Below are positions 12,302 through 25,122 of a DNA stretch of 64,000 nt, piece by piece. Both the position numbers and the translations under genes were made by a program. Source of the stretch: Veleropilina oligotropha (lineage: Eukaryota); the NCBI GenBank assembly GCA_048128005.1, contig JBEUKZ010000010.1:868001-932000 (forward strand). Direction: 5' to 3'. The notes beneath the pieces were generated by a model. The model saw only the letters and a program-made list of their open reading frames with translations. It was not told the DNA's origin and ran no database searches. The stretch's first letter is position 1, and each line of letters starts with the position of its first letter.

Positions 12302-14879
12302 GTCTTCTTTTAAATATTCTTTACTTCTAACCAATGGAATTCGTAGATTGTTTTACTTCTTGACTTTCCAAACTGAAATAGAGTAATCTCCAAAATTACG
12401 AAGAATGAAATAGCGATATTGTGATGCCTACAATGACAAACATTAGGATAAAGGCATTGTATATGGGAATTTAATATGAATCAGTCATAGCACTCAATAG
12501 CTGACATAAGTCATCGGATTTTAGAAATTTATTCCAGCGTTCTAAAACATGCATGTTCCGATATGACATTGGCTGTTTTCATGATGTTTCAAATGTCTGA
12601 TACCTGTAATTGTGAAACCGTATAAAGCAATTAACACTAATACATATACTTCATTTGTTACATGCCTTTTGCAGCCTACGAAAATCACATGAATAACTTG
12701 ACCACTAGTCTTGTTGCGAGGACGGGACCTCCGACGGCACTTATGATGTTTGTAAGTGTGTTTACCTTGTGCAAATGACTTCGACGACTAATGAATTTTT
12801 AAAGAAAGGCAAATTGTCGATGAAGTCCGCCTCATTACAGCCCATGGCGTGTTCGGCCAAAATCAATTCCTTGGTCGTTGCGTCGCCATTGTTACACAAC
12901 ATTTCTGTTTGCCAGTTAGTTTTTCCTTTTTCTACCTGAATGACCCTCACTGACCCATGATATCGCTCGAACGTCGGCCACAATCATCGACAATATAAAC
13001 GTAATCATTGCCCAATAATTAGTCCTGGACAAATTAAGCATCAAAGACTAGGAGATCCACATGGGCGTGTTTTGTGACTCGTCAATTCGTTGTTCGTTTT
13101 AATCACCTTAATTACACTATCAGCTAAGCTGTGGGGTTGTTCAAAATCTTGCTTCAGTAGATTTCAATTTGGTACCGTAACTTTTAATTGTCATTGTAAT
13201 AAAGCTAAAGATCTATACTTTCCCTAACTCTACCGTGAGAAGACATCAAAATTCATTTAATCTTGTTCCCACATTTAATATGAATAAATACATATTTGAC
13301 ATCGCCTTTCAACACGGGTCCCTAAACAAAATATGTGGTAGAGATTGAAAGAACGAATGTATATAATGTACTATTATAGGTCCATTATGATACAAATGCT
13401 ACCAATATGTACCATAAATCAGACAATTGTGTTGTATAATACGTAAATTGTAGGGGATATACTGCCACCCGTATTGTTGTGTCGTATCGCTGACTTACAT
13501 ATTGCTTATTGAAAGGCACCTTTTAGCACTATGATGTGGCGTTTTATAAATAAATCACTTTCATAAAATATATGCTATGAGTCGCTTGTCGCATTGAAAT
13601 GATTTTACGTGAATAATTTTATCATTTGTTCGCTGTATACAATAACAAGGGAGGGTGTCTCACATATTTGACCAAACGTGTCCCCCGTTAAATATCACAA
13701 AAGTGTTTTGAAATGCAACAATCCGTCATGTTTGATCTGGATGAAGGCATCCTGTCCATTTAGAATCTTTCAGGGTCATATATATATATATATATATATA
13801 TAAATATATATAAATATATATGACCAGACCATGTTCATATTAAAGAGGTAGAAAATCCCAACTACCCGGGAAATTCCGCCCACACCGGTCAGTTATTGAC
13901 CAATATGAATGTTCATAAAATATCGAGCCGTAGATCCGAACCCAATCGGCGAACTACTCATTGCAATCAAAACGGATGAACGACAGAATACTATCTGAAT
14001 ATGAAATCAGAAGTATGCAATTCGATTTAGCCACAATCTAGATCTAGATACAATAAACTCCATTGGGGCGATCACCAACAACATTTATTTAATTTAACAT
14101 GACTGATTTTGAGGAGACATCTTGTTATTATCATCTTTTAATAAGTTTATGACATCCTCAACGTTGAGAAAAAACATTTTCGATGATCACAGGAACTCAT
14201 TAAAATATCATAATTCTATCCTCTGCATGAAGGTACATTATAAGTTGTCGATTGACGTCGCGGTAAATACCACACGAAGTTGAGAACAAGACGCTAGCCG
14301 AGTGTTAACGTCATAAGGTATTCAATGGATCGTGTTTACCAAGACGTTGCTAAACTTACTAAACAAACTCCTGACTTGGCTCATAACACTGTTATTATAT
14401 ATTTTCATTATCGTATTGTATAGACATTCAAAATGGCAGACGACAACTTCTGTAACACCTACTCAAGGTTTTCCAAATGAGAACATTATAATTTACAGGC
14501 GACGTATGACGTCAGCCGTGGTATAAGATTTCGTATACCACGCCTGGGTGGGGTATATCACAAGTTAATAAAACGGATGTCATCCAATCAGAAGAGAGGA
14601 TTCGCCAAAGCAAGATATAATAGATTGACCTATACTAATACCACAAATAGCATCATTGAATTCACTTGTACGCGGGTGATAAATCTGTTACAACCGTCAT
14701 TTTCACACGTTACATTTTTTATTATGGTGATACTTATGCCGTCTACTGACTCTGATAAATTTTTCGTGAATATTATTATACGATATACATTAATAAACAT
14801 AAATGAAACCGTCGTATCTATATTCGAAGTTATCATATATAGTGGTTAGTTCGAACCCACATGCGCGGATAATCTAATA

Positions 14880-15040
14880 CTTAAAACTGTAATCTCACCC
14901 GATCTTCGTCCCTCTATGGGCTAAAAATAACTCGGGCAACGGGAGATAACTCTAGTCTAATGCTTAAAACGGCAATATATCCCGATCTCCGTCACGCTAC
15001 TGGTTAAAAATTAACTCGGTCAACGGGAGATAACTCTAGT
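14880..15040 (+). repeat. Two-copy ~83-bp tandem repeat with Helitron-like CTAG ends
   Basis: cttaaaac...cccgatct...aactcgg.caacgggagataactctagt occurs twice. Confidence 0.6.
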
Positions 15041-15815
15041 TTGTCTTATTTATGAGTGCGATGTCATCTGCAAAGGTGATCTCATTACATCCTGGCTCAC
15101 TGTGTGAATGTATGGGGCGTATACAGACCAGCAGCGCATTCAAAGCGACGTGGTGTCAATTAGTTTAGTTTTACGTCTATATTTGGACAAAATTTCAGTC
15201 AAATCTGTAGTCGGAAACTCGGTGTAGCTTTCATTTTCAAAGACAGATCACGGATTTTGTATTAATTTAAAAAAAACACGCAGGCTCTAGAATCCAACCG
15301 TCCTACTTCAAATGCACGTTACGTTACGAATAACGCAATTTATGAGATTAACCATAATCAATATGCCGTTCATAAGGAAATACAATGGCATAACGGCAAA
15401 TAAATCAGTAATTACATCGTCACGTTTTCTTTGGGTTCGGGCTATATGTCGTCCATGGACCTGGAACGCGCTGTCAGTGGGTGGTTATTAAAATGAGGCA
15501 ACGGCTAATGGGCTCTTCAATCACTTCCCTTCGGTACTCCTGCGCATTACTAACAAGGCAATCCGAGATTGCAAACCTTCGCCCCGGTGGCAATGAATGG
15601 TGAAAGCTAGAAATCTGTGCGAATAATAGTTGAAGAACATTTTGAGGCTAATTTGAAGTTTGTATGCCGAAGCCGAAAATCCGCAAACCGGAAATTGCGT
15701 CATAAACTCCGGATCCTCTTCCCGACTCCGATCATCTGTAACGAGGACCGAGCATGGACTGAACTCTATCTTATTGAAAACAATTAAGTAAATCGGTTCA
15801 ATGGTCGTTGAGTAA

Positions 15816-16348
15816 TGCCTATGTCACAAATACATAGTAAGCGGATACGGCGCCCGTACGATGTGTGTTTTTGAAGATGTCGTACGGGCATCGGCGACAT
15901 CGTACGGTCATCGGTGACTATTTCGCCGATTTTGGGGGATCGTAGGGTCATCGGCAACTTTTAACGCGGAATTATAATTTTTGTACGATCGTACGATTTT
16001 AGAATCAGAAAATCATCGCAGGCATATATCGTAGAGTCATCTTACTCCGTGAGAGATCGTAGTTCGCTCGTAGTTTGCTCGTAGGACATCCGCACGACAT
16101 CCTTACGGTGTCGGGACAAAATGCGGACGTCGTAAGGTGACCTTACGGGAATCGTAATGTCACCTTACGATGTCCGCACGATTTGACCACCCGAAAAAAT
16201 GTGTCAGCCCGTACGGGCACCGCATCTAATGTGACCATGGGACATATTTTTACCAGAAATCTACGATTCTTCCCCGACGTCGGAGAAGCTGAGACGCCGT
16301 ACGATTAACCACCATCGCACGGCGACCGGTGTATTTGTGACATAGGCA
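15816..16348. mobile_element. PIF/Harbinger-like MITE rich in tcgta/cgtacg motifs
   Basis: TIR tgcctatgtcacaaataca/tgtatttgtgacataggca flanked by TAA and TTA; lies between two copies of an older repeat (ggaaattgcgtcataaa.tccggatcc near 15689 and 16372). Confidence 0.8.
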
Positions 16349-16689
16349 TTAGAGCAAAAAAGCGAAAACGGGAAATTGCGTCATAAAATCCGGATCCGCT
16401 TTCCGACGCCAATCATCTTTAAGGATGACCGGTCCAATCCACAGTCCATCGTTGCTTAATCTATACATAATAGACAGAACATGTTCTGGACAGACGTATC
16501 GAGAACACCCCTAGATATTCCACTTGACCACATAGATTATTAATGTTATGCAGTTGTAATCAAAGCTGCTAATGTCGTGGAGTCGAAATGGGCGTCGGAT
16601 AGGGCGTCTTGCAGCAACATCAACAGTCTGTACATTCTCTTAACATTGATAATGGACAACAAGTTGTTTATCAGGTACATTGTCCTCGA

Positions 16690-16925
16690 AGACAACGTCT
16701 TGTGACCAGTGTCTGCCAAAGAAAAAGGTCTGTCTTCACGATCGGTGGCTCTTTCTGGCATTAATCTTCTTGACCGATCCCATAACATTGCCTGTTGCAA
16801 ACGACTAATGGATGTATGATTTAAGTTGAGCTGGATTCCGACCGCTCTGTACGAGTACCCAGCATCATTCATTTCAAGAATTCGCCAAACCAAATGATTA
16901 TCAGTAAGTCTTGAATTCGCCATAA
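16690..16925 (-). pseudogene. Tc1-like transposase N-terminal HTH remnant
   Basis: RLTDNHLVWRILEMNDAGYSYRAVGIQLNLNHTSISRL...RATDREDR matches the Tc1 paired-like HTH plus T.REDR pattern; no DDE domain visible. Confidence 0.55.
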
Positions 16926-16979
16926 CAAAGCAAATATTCAACTCCAGGCTGTTGTGGGAGAACTAAAGAAAACCAGTAT

Positions 16980-17476
16980 CAGGCGCGGATCCAGGGGGTG
17001 CGCACCCGGCGCCCCCCCCCCCCCTAAAGCTGGCCAAGCATACTAAAATAATATGTATAATCTGATACAAATGACTTTCAGAACATTATAAATAGGCCTA
17101 CCCCAAAATACTAAAGTTGAATTGTATTACTATTAACTTTTGCAATGCAATAATGCAGGAGGGGTATTTCACACCGTTAATTGTCAAAATTTTCTTGCGC
17201 GTGGAGCCCCGACTTTTCTGGGGATACAGTCAGTCTTTACCCCACGTTTGAAAGCAGTAATGTGTTAGATTGTGAAAATACTCATACATTTTAGTGAAAA
17301 TGGTTCATAAATGTTGGTACGTAACAAATATCGCCTTTGCCCTGTCAGAGTGCAAGAGAGGGAGTTTCAGGCTGTTGATGGTCAAAATTTTCTTTCGCGT
17401 GGGGCCCCGCCCCCACGCGAACAGGTGATAGTAAATTCAGCGCCCCCCCTAAGCAAAATTCCTGGATCCGCGTCTG
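16980..17476. mobile_element. MITE with CAG termini and 5-bp TSD
   Basis: TIR caggcgcggatccagg/cctggatccgcgtctg; TSD AGTAT at 16975-16979 and 17477-17481. Confidence 0.9.
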
Positions 17477-18735
17477 AGTATACCATAAGTTCGTATAGAC
17501 TGCAAAAAATGTTGACATGAATGTCTACAACATCCACGACATGCTCCACAACAGAAACATACGACTAAAGCCGCTTTCACACTGGGCTTTAACTCGGTTT
17601 CATCCCGGGTTGAAGTGTTCGCACTACGCAATATTATCCGAGTTGCTTGCGAGTATGATTCGGGTGAGAATCCGGCAAAGTAGTAGGATTCAATTCGAGT
17701 TGTATTTGGAGTCGCAACTATTTCCGGATAACGAGTGATTGGGCCAATAAATGTGATCCCCCGATCTCGCAAATAGCGCGAATATCACTAAATGTGTATT
17801 TAGTTGGTGATTTCCTTCATTTTAAAAAACTTTTGTGACATATCGAGACTGTGGTATATGGAGGTGTTCGGAAATCCCATGAAGCGATTATGCATTTATA
17901 TTTATCTGGGCCCGTATTCATGAAGACGAGATAAATTTAACATAGAATAGCGACTAATGCAAGGATACGGTGAAGATATATGTTGTTGGTATTCACGAAG
18001 CGGTAGTAACCAGAGGATATAGCTATTCAGCTGCGCTAGAAATATATCAGGGATTCCCCGCTTACTGCGCATGATTAGCACATCGTTCTCGAATCAAAAT
18101 CGTCCAGATAAGCACTCTCCAGTCTGAGCACTCTGCGTAGGAGAGTGCACGAGATGCCATCATTTCTTTCGTTCTTTCGGATTGCTGTGCACGTGTCATT
18201 ATAATAAATAGGGTCAGTAAATTTATTAAATGGATTACGGCGCTCTGTATGTATTAAATTCGTTCTAAACCACGAAACCCGAATTTGTCTATCATGTTTA
18301 TTCTCAGGTTACGCCACTATACCTGGTCGGATGGGAGTATACTAGTATATGCAATATGCCCAAGAGTAAGAAAATTTATTAAATGGATTACGGCGCTCTG
18401 TATGTATTAAATTCGTTCTAAACCACGAAACCCGCCTTTGTCTATCATGTTTATTCTCAGGTTACGCCACTATACCTGGTCGGATGGGAGTATACTAGTA
18501 TATGCAATATGCCCAAGAGTAAGAAAATAACATGTAGATTATTGCTAATAATCTTCAACTACAATACACTGCGAAATAGAGCGCTATATCCCGAAACCAG
18601 GATCGATCTACTTGAAATGTGAACACACCAACACGGGTTATGCTGGGGCGGAATCCGAGTTGACGCCAACTCGAAATTATTCCGAGTTGTATAGTGTGAA
18701 AGCTATGGCAAGCCGTTTTAGCATTTATTATTTAT

Positions 18736-19046
18736 TACACATATGTGGAATTAATTGCACATATGTGAAAAGGATGCCATTTATTTAACATATGTGAAAA
18801 TGATTTTCACATATGTACAATTCATTTTCACATATGTGAAATTCATTTTCACATATGTGAAATTCTATTACACATATGTATAATAATCTCTTTATTTCAC
18901 ATATGTGAAATTAATTGCACATATGTGAAAAGGATGCCATTTATTTAACATATGTGAAAATGATTTTCACATATGTACAATTCATTTTCACATATGTGAA
19001 ATTCTATTACACATCTTAATATAATGGAGCTATAATTGTATGTGTG

Positions 19047-19089
<43 letters not shown>

Positions 19090-19870
19090 TTCAAGTTGAA
19101 CTCCTCCCAGACGCTTTGACCTAGGACCTTCAAACTTTGGGGGGTTAATCGGGGTCCCCCAAGGAAGGTTTACCACGAAAAAAATTCGGAAAATTCGCGA
19201 AAAAAAAAAATATTACTATCATTTTTAATATAATGGAGAAAAAAAAAAAAAAATTTAATGGAGCACTATCCAAAAAAAAAAAAAAAAAAAATTGGGGTGG
19301 GGGGACTTACCCGGCGAAGACGGGTACCAAAAGCTAGTATGTATAATGATCTCTTTATTTCACATATGTGAAAAAGAATTCTACATATGTGAAAAAGAAT
19401 TACACATATGTCAAATAAATAGTTATTTAACATATATTTAAATCTTTTATACATATGTAGAATTCTGTTTCACATATGTGAAATAAAGAGATCATTATAC
19501 ATATGTATAATAGAATTTCACATATGTGAAATAGTTGTCCATATAGATGACCACCACGAGAATACAATGATTACTCCCATGTACGTTTGAAATGGACGAG
19601 ATAATTATGTTGTCGAGGACGCATTGGATGCAAAAGGAAAAGCCCGTGGTTTGGATAGCGAACCAGATTTCTCCCTAATCATTGTATTCTCGTGGTGGTC
19701 ATCTATATGGACAACTATTTCACATATGTGAAATTCTATTATACATATGTATAATGATTCCTTTATTTTACATATGTGTAAAATAATTCTACATATGTGA
19801 AAAAGAATTTTACATATGTGAAAAAGAATTTCACATATGTATAAAAGATTTAAACATATGTTAAATAACT
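18736..19870. repeat. Palindromic ~21-bp satellite (core CACATATGTG), left block
   Basis: Many (ttt)cacatatgtg(aaa) units separated by short AT spacers; includes an 83-bp perfect inverted repeat at 19491-19573/19676-19758. Confidence 0.95.
19014..19337 (+). mobile_element. Non-autonomous Helitron (324 bp)
   Basis: 5' TC and 3' CTAG, preceded by hairpin tacccg-gcgaaga-cgggta; inserted between A and T with no TSD (removal restores caca|tatgtataat); internal (GTCT)n. Confidence 0.88.
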
Positions 19871-19882
19871 ATATGTAGTTAC

Positions 19883-20090
19883 AAACATACTTACGTCCTT
19901 ACTCTTGCCATAATAGTCATATTATCGCCAACCGGAAACAGTGAATAAAGTCACATTATGCACTCCTTTTAAGTCAAAACCACTACGATTACCTCCCCTG
20001 CTCCACCTCTCCTAAGTTCCCCCGGCGAGATCTCGCAAAGTCTCGCGAGAGATCCGAGCCATCAAAGTCACAAGACCTCAATTCAAAGTT
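19883..20090 (+). repeat. DIRS left inverted terminal repeat
   Basis: Reverse complement of 26979-27186. Confidence 0.95.
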
Positions 20091-20826
20091 TTCCGCCGTA
20101 ACGGAAAAACGTGTTTTTTGCTCCGCAAATATTTCGATTGTCTAACGGTTTATACGTTAAATCGTAGACGCCTATATAGCTTATATTATCATAAGTTATA
20201 AGTTGGGAATATACCCTGTGTTGTGGATACAAAACATCAGTGAATATTGAAGATTCTGATCAAAAACTTCGAGAAGTTCTGTGAAAATCAGTGAAACCGA
20301 CATCGCCGCCGTTGCCGAGAAAAGCATGGCCGCTTAGAGGGGAAGTTTCGTGTGTTAGAAGAAATTTCTGGTCGGTATTTTTATCTGATATTGTTTGAGA
20401 CTGCAAACAGGTAACTCATTATATTGGATAATTCCTTAACGACGCTTATTGCTGGTAATTATTGTATAAAATTTTAGCGTCGTTAATTGGCAGGATTGTT
20501 TAGATATCAACTTTAGTTATTCTGATATCCTGCCGTTTCTGGGATAATACGCCATTGTACTAACTTAAAAACATCCACGAGGTTTTCAGGTGTTTTCCTG
20601 GGCGGTTTTTTCTAAGAAAGAACCCCCGTTTGTTTAGTCAATTAGCCGGGTTTATTAACCGGCCTCGGTGCTCCCAGTTCGGGGTTATTTTGCGGTATAT
20701 CGCCTGATCTTTCATCTTCAGATCAGGGAAATTTAAATAGTTGTCGTAGTAAAAAGTCACAACTACCAAACATATACTTCTTTAACTACCCCGTCCACCC
20801 ACTTCCACCCTCCCGTGTATTCAGCT

Positions 20827-23048
20827 ATGGTCCGGTGCAGCGACTCCGGGTGTAACCAGAAGATCCACGGGTTTGATAAGCACACGGAATGCCGTATTCA
20901 CCGTAATTGTAGTAAAACATACAAATGTGAACTGTGCTTAGCTTTGACAGATAGGCAGTGGGCGATTATTTTCCCTCCGGTGAAGCCGACCAGGGCGGCT
21001 GCCACGGTGGGTCCTCCCCCGGAGAAGGGTCAGGAAGAGACTGGTAAGTTAGGGGCTAATGTTTCTTCTTTGTCTGCTTCAGGGACGCTGGACGACAGCC
21101 GGCGTAAGGTACCGTCTGTCGCCGGATCTACCGGCGAAACCTCCGCGACTCATGGGGGAGTCGCCGAAACCTTGCCGGGACCCCAGATTCAGGTAGGAGC
21201 CCGAGCGCTGTCCGTTACTCCTCCAATGGGCCTAGTAGCTGCAGCCAACCATACCTTGCCGGCTAGCAAGGTATATCTGGCAGCGCAGCGAACAGCTGAG
21301 CAGGGCAGACGATTCCCCTCCTGTTCTTCGGCCTCGAAGAACACAGGATACGTTAGTCCTTCTGCGGGAAACTCTCCGTTTAACGACGGTGAGCGACCCA
21401 ATGAGAAAGCCAATATAGAGGCCGGACACCATTACGATGGTCTAAGATCCGGACAATTGGCGACGCCTGAAACCTCGTTCGAGACCGACGCGACTAACCC
21501 TTGGGTTTTTCCGCTCAACCTCGAAGCTCACGATGCTTTCAGAGGGCCCGTTCTCTCCCGTGCACCCACGATGGTCACGCTAGATAACGTGGACAGACCG
21601 GCTGCATTCGGGACGAGGTTTTACGGTGATCCGACCGTGCCTCGCTCGAACAGAGCGGTAGACCAGTACGGACTGTGGCCGCAGTCCTACCGGTCGTCCG
21701 GCCCACTGACTGCGCCTTCGGGCCAGTCTTTCGGGTTCGACCGCTCGACACGTGACCCGAGACCCTGGTTCTCGGGACCACCTGTCCGTGCAGCCCGTCT
21801 ACCTTGTGCCACGGTAACCTCGACAGAACTACCGGCTGTTAGTTCGTCGCCCGTCATGTCTCCGGGTTTCTCTTTTGAGAACGTCCAGGCATTGATCGCG
21901 GCGGAGTTCGAGGCCCGATGTAAGGCCTGGCAACCGGCTCCCCAGCCGCGCCAGTTCCCTACATCTCTGCCCGTGGCGCAGAGCACGGCTCCTGCCTCCG
22001 TGATGGAGATCGACCCTCGTTCCGACGAGGACCTCGACTCTACTCACTCCGACCTCCCTGAATCGGTCGGGCCCGAAGACGTTAGTCTTTCAGGCACGCA
22101 GGAGCCGACCTCCACCACCCGCCGAAGGCTCGACACCGTTGCATCACTTCGCGGGGTGCTTGGCTTGCCGGAACCGACTCGGTCGGACGTAGGCTCAGTC
22201 AAGCACAGGACGGCAGCACATCGGTTTGTTGAGAAGGAAGCACCCGTGCTTCCTTCCTTACCTCAGTCTGGGCTGGTCGATCTAGTGGTCGACTCGACCA
22301 GGGGCGCATACAGGGGCACAAGCCGGTGGAGGCCTCCCCGCTGACCGAGTTCCCTTCGGGGTTCCGTAGTGGGAGGTACCTCCGGGCCAGTTCGCGTTCG
22401 ATCCCGTTCGCGTGTACTGGTCCGTGCCTGGCGACTGCGCCGGCTCATGTAGACGCAGCGTTGCATCGACTGACCGCCAGTCACACTCCCTCCGTGGTGA
22501 AAGTTCCTTGGTCCGCCTTGGAAGCTTTCGAGAGCGCCGCCCGACGGGCTCTGCGGTTGTCGTCCGTTCAGGATTTTTTCCTGGATGGGGCGATAGCCGT
22601 ACTACAGGAGGAAGGACCCGGCGCCTGTGAGGCGGCCCTGTCCTTCCTCCAGGAGGTTGCTGCCGCAATGGAGACCAGCGCGTTGGAGATGGGACGTGTC
22701 CTGGGCAATGCACTCCTACTTCGTAGGGATGCTTGCCTGGAAGGCACCTCGCTAGACGAGGCCACCCGGCGCTCGTTGCGATGCGTGCCTTGCTCGGCCA
22801 CCACTCTTTTTGGCGACAATTTTACGGAATTGAAGGACCGTGCCATCGAGAAGGCGGTGATGCACCCCACCCGGGGTCCACCCGCCGACTCGAGGAAGCA
22901 TTCAGGGCCCACCCGGATCCCGAAGCCTTCTAAGCGTGCGAAGCCCTCTTCTGGTGGTAGGCCTCCGGCCAGTAAACCCACTCAGAGGAGGCATGCACCT
23001 CAAGCGAAACCCCGTCAGCAGAGCGGGAGAGGGAAGCCTCGGCCCTAG
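20827..23048 (+). pseudogene. DIRS Gag-like ORF1, split by a -1 frameshift (20827-22344 and ~22300-23048)
   Basis: N-terminal Cys/His cluster CSDSGC..DKHTECRIHRNC..CELC; C-terminal part with LLLRRDACL..LFG lies in another frame; first ATG at 20827. Confidence 0.8.
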
Positions 23049-25122
23049 GGCTGCCGGCATTCGCGACGGTCCCAGCTGCCCGCTTCCGCCGGTGGGAGCG
23101 TGTCTGTTAGCGTACAGCCAGTCGTGGCTAGAGCTGACAGACAGCAGCTGGGTCCACTTAGTCGTGAGTGCCGGATACAAGTTGGCATTCAACCGGCATC
23201 CGACCCTAACCGAGGCACCACCAACAAGACACGCTCGCCTCCTTCACGGAGAAAAGCAAGCGGTCTTAGACCAGGCAGTGCGGGATTTGCTCCTCAAAGG
23301 AGCGATATATCCCGCGCCGCCCAGCACACCAGGATTTTACAGCCATTTCATCCTGGTCCCGAAACCCGATGGCCGCTGGCAACCGATCCTCGATCTCTCG
23401 TATCTCAACCGATATCTTCGCACTGAGAAATTCCAGCAAGAAACCCTCTCGAAGATACGAGCGGCCATCCGTCCGGGAGACTGGGCAGCGTCTATCGATC
23501 TGACCGACGCGTATCTGCATGTCCCGATGCATATCACGGCTCATCAGTACCTTCGGTTTATACACGGGGAGACGATCTACCAATTCAGGTGCCTACCGTT
23601 CGGTCTATCGTCAGCCCCGTACGTCTTCACGAGAACAGTACAGGCCCTCGGAGCCTTCCTACACTCTCTAGGGCACAGGGTACATATGCACCTCGACGAC
23701 TGGCTGATCCTCGGGGCGTCCCGAGATCTGTGCCTCCGGTCTACGAGCTTTACCCTGTCATCGACGAAGCGCCTGGGATTTCAGATCAACGAGACAAAAT
23801 CCTGCTTCGTGCCCTCGACGACGTTTACGTTCCTCGGAGTCGACTTCGATACGGTCCGGTACACCGCGAAACCGACCCAGAAACGTATGCGGAACCTACG
23901 CGCGGTTATTCAAGACACCCTGTCATCGGAGATAACTACGGCGCGACAACTGGCCACTGTCCTAGGGCACATCGAGTCGGTAGCGACCCTGCTACCGACG
24001 GGTCGAATGGACAAACGACCGTTACAACAGGCGTTCAGGGATCGCTGGATACAACGGACGGGGCAGTGGACGGATCGCATCGATCTTCGGCATTGGTTTA
24101 CCAACACAACAGCAGTGTGGTTGAACCCTGCTTTGCCGGACCAGTCGGTTCCTATATCCCCGCCAGAGCCGAACGCTTACCTGTTCACAGACGCTTCGAA
24201 CGACGGCTGGGGTGGTCACCTCGACAGTTACGAGACATCAGGCCTATGGTCGACGGACCTTCAGGGACGACACATCAGCTTCCTAGAGTTAGAAGCCGTC
24301 TACCTGTCAGTACGGCCCCTCTCGTCACATCTCCGCAACAAGCACATAATGCTCGCCACGGACAACACGACTGTCGTCGCTTACATCCAGCACCAGGGCG
24401 GCACTCGCTCGCATCCCCTTTGCGACCGAGCAATAGACCTACACCGCCTAGTGATGTCCCTCAACTCGACGATTCGAGCACGACACATCCCGGGAAAGCT
24501 GAATGTCAGAGCGGACTCGCTCTCTCGGAAATCACAGATAATACACACAGAGTGGACGCTACACAGCCGAGTAGCTCGGGACGTTTGTCGCCGGTGGTCA
24601 CAACCCCAAGTCAATCTGTTTGCAACAGAATTCAATTACCGACTACCTCTGTATGTCTCCCCGTACCCGGACCCGGCCGCCCTAGCGGTCGACGCACTGT
24701 CAATGACATGGGAGAATCTGTCCGCGTATGCCTTCCCCCCATCGTGCATTCTGACACTGGTATTACAGAAGGCATCGAACGAACGTTGCGAGATAACGCT
24801 AATCGCGCCCCTGTATCGCACGCAACCTTGGTTTCTGACCCTCCTCGATCTGATCGTCGATCGACCGTTAACGCTCCTGCAGCGACCGGACCTGTTAATG
24901 CAGGCGCGCAGCCGTGTACTACATCCATCGCCGAACGACTTACATTTACACGCCTGGTGGTTATCGAACGATCCCTTGCTAAGAAAGGATTTTCTCACGC
25001 AACAGCCCTACGCATCTACCGATCGAGAAGGCTTTCCACGACAAAAGTTTATGACTACCGATGGGTCAAGTACGTGGATTGGTGTCACAGCCGGCAGGTC
25101 AATATTCTCCGCCCCCCTGTGA
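22936..25122 (+). CDS. DIRS reverse transcriptase - RNase H - Dam-like methyltransferase (start uncertain)
   Basis: IDLTDAYLHVP, LPFGLSSAP, HLDDWL (YLDD variant); RNase H LFTDAS/LELEAV/TDNTTVVAYI/ADSLSR; MTase NLFA (DLFA variant) and AYAFPP. Confidence 0.93.
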   Translation: MRSPLLVVGLRPVNPLRGGMHLKRNPVSRAGEGSLGPRAAGIRDGPSCPLPPVGACLLAYSQSWLELTDSSWVHLVVSAGYKLAFNRHPTLTEAPPTRHARLLHGEKQAVLDQAVRDLLLKGAIYPAPPSTPGFYSHFILVPKPDGRWQPILDLSYLNRYLRTEKFQQETLSKIRAAIRPGDWAASIDLTDAYLHVPMHITAHQYLRFIHGETIYQFRCLPFGLSSAPYVFTRTVQALGAFLHSLGHRVHMHLDDWLILGASRDLCLRSTSFTLSSTKRLGFQINETKSCFVPSTTFTFLGVDFDTVRYTAKPTQKRMRNLRAVIQDTLSSEITTARQLATVLGHIESVATLLPTGRMDKRPLQQAFRDRWIQRTGQWTDRIDLRHWFTNTTAVWLNPALPDQSVPISPPEPNAYLFTDASNDGWGGHLDSYETSGLWSTDLQGRHISFLELEAVYLSVRPLSSHLRNKHIMLATDNTTVVAYIQHQGGTRSHPLCDRAIDLHRLVMSLNSTIRARHIPGKLNVRADSLSRKSQIIHTEWTLHSRVARDVCRRWSQPQVNLFATEFNYRLPLYVSPYPDPAALAVDALSMTWENLSAYAFPPSCILTLVLQKASNERCEITLIAPLYRTQPWFLTLLDLIVDRPLTLLQRPDLLMQARSRVLHPSPNDLHLHAWWLSNDPLLRKDFLTQQPYASTDREGFPRQKFMTTDGSSTWIGVTAGRSIFSAPL

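Noticed and set aside
12762..12983. 73-aa minus-strand ORF ending at a possible splice donor
   Set aside because: No recognisable domain and no partner exons found
19856..19866. atatgttaaat resembling the XerD arm of bacterial dif next to the DIRS insertion
   Set aside because: Orientation relative to the crossover is opposite to dif, there is no XerC arm, and the match is expected by chance in this AT-rich satellite
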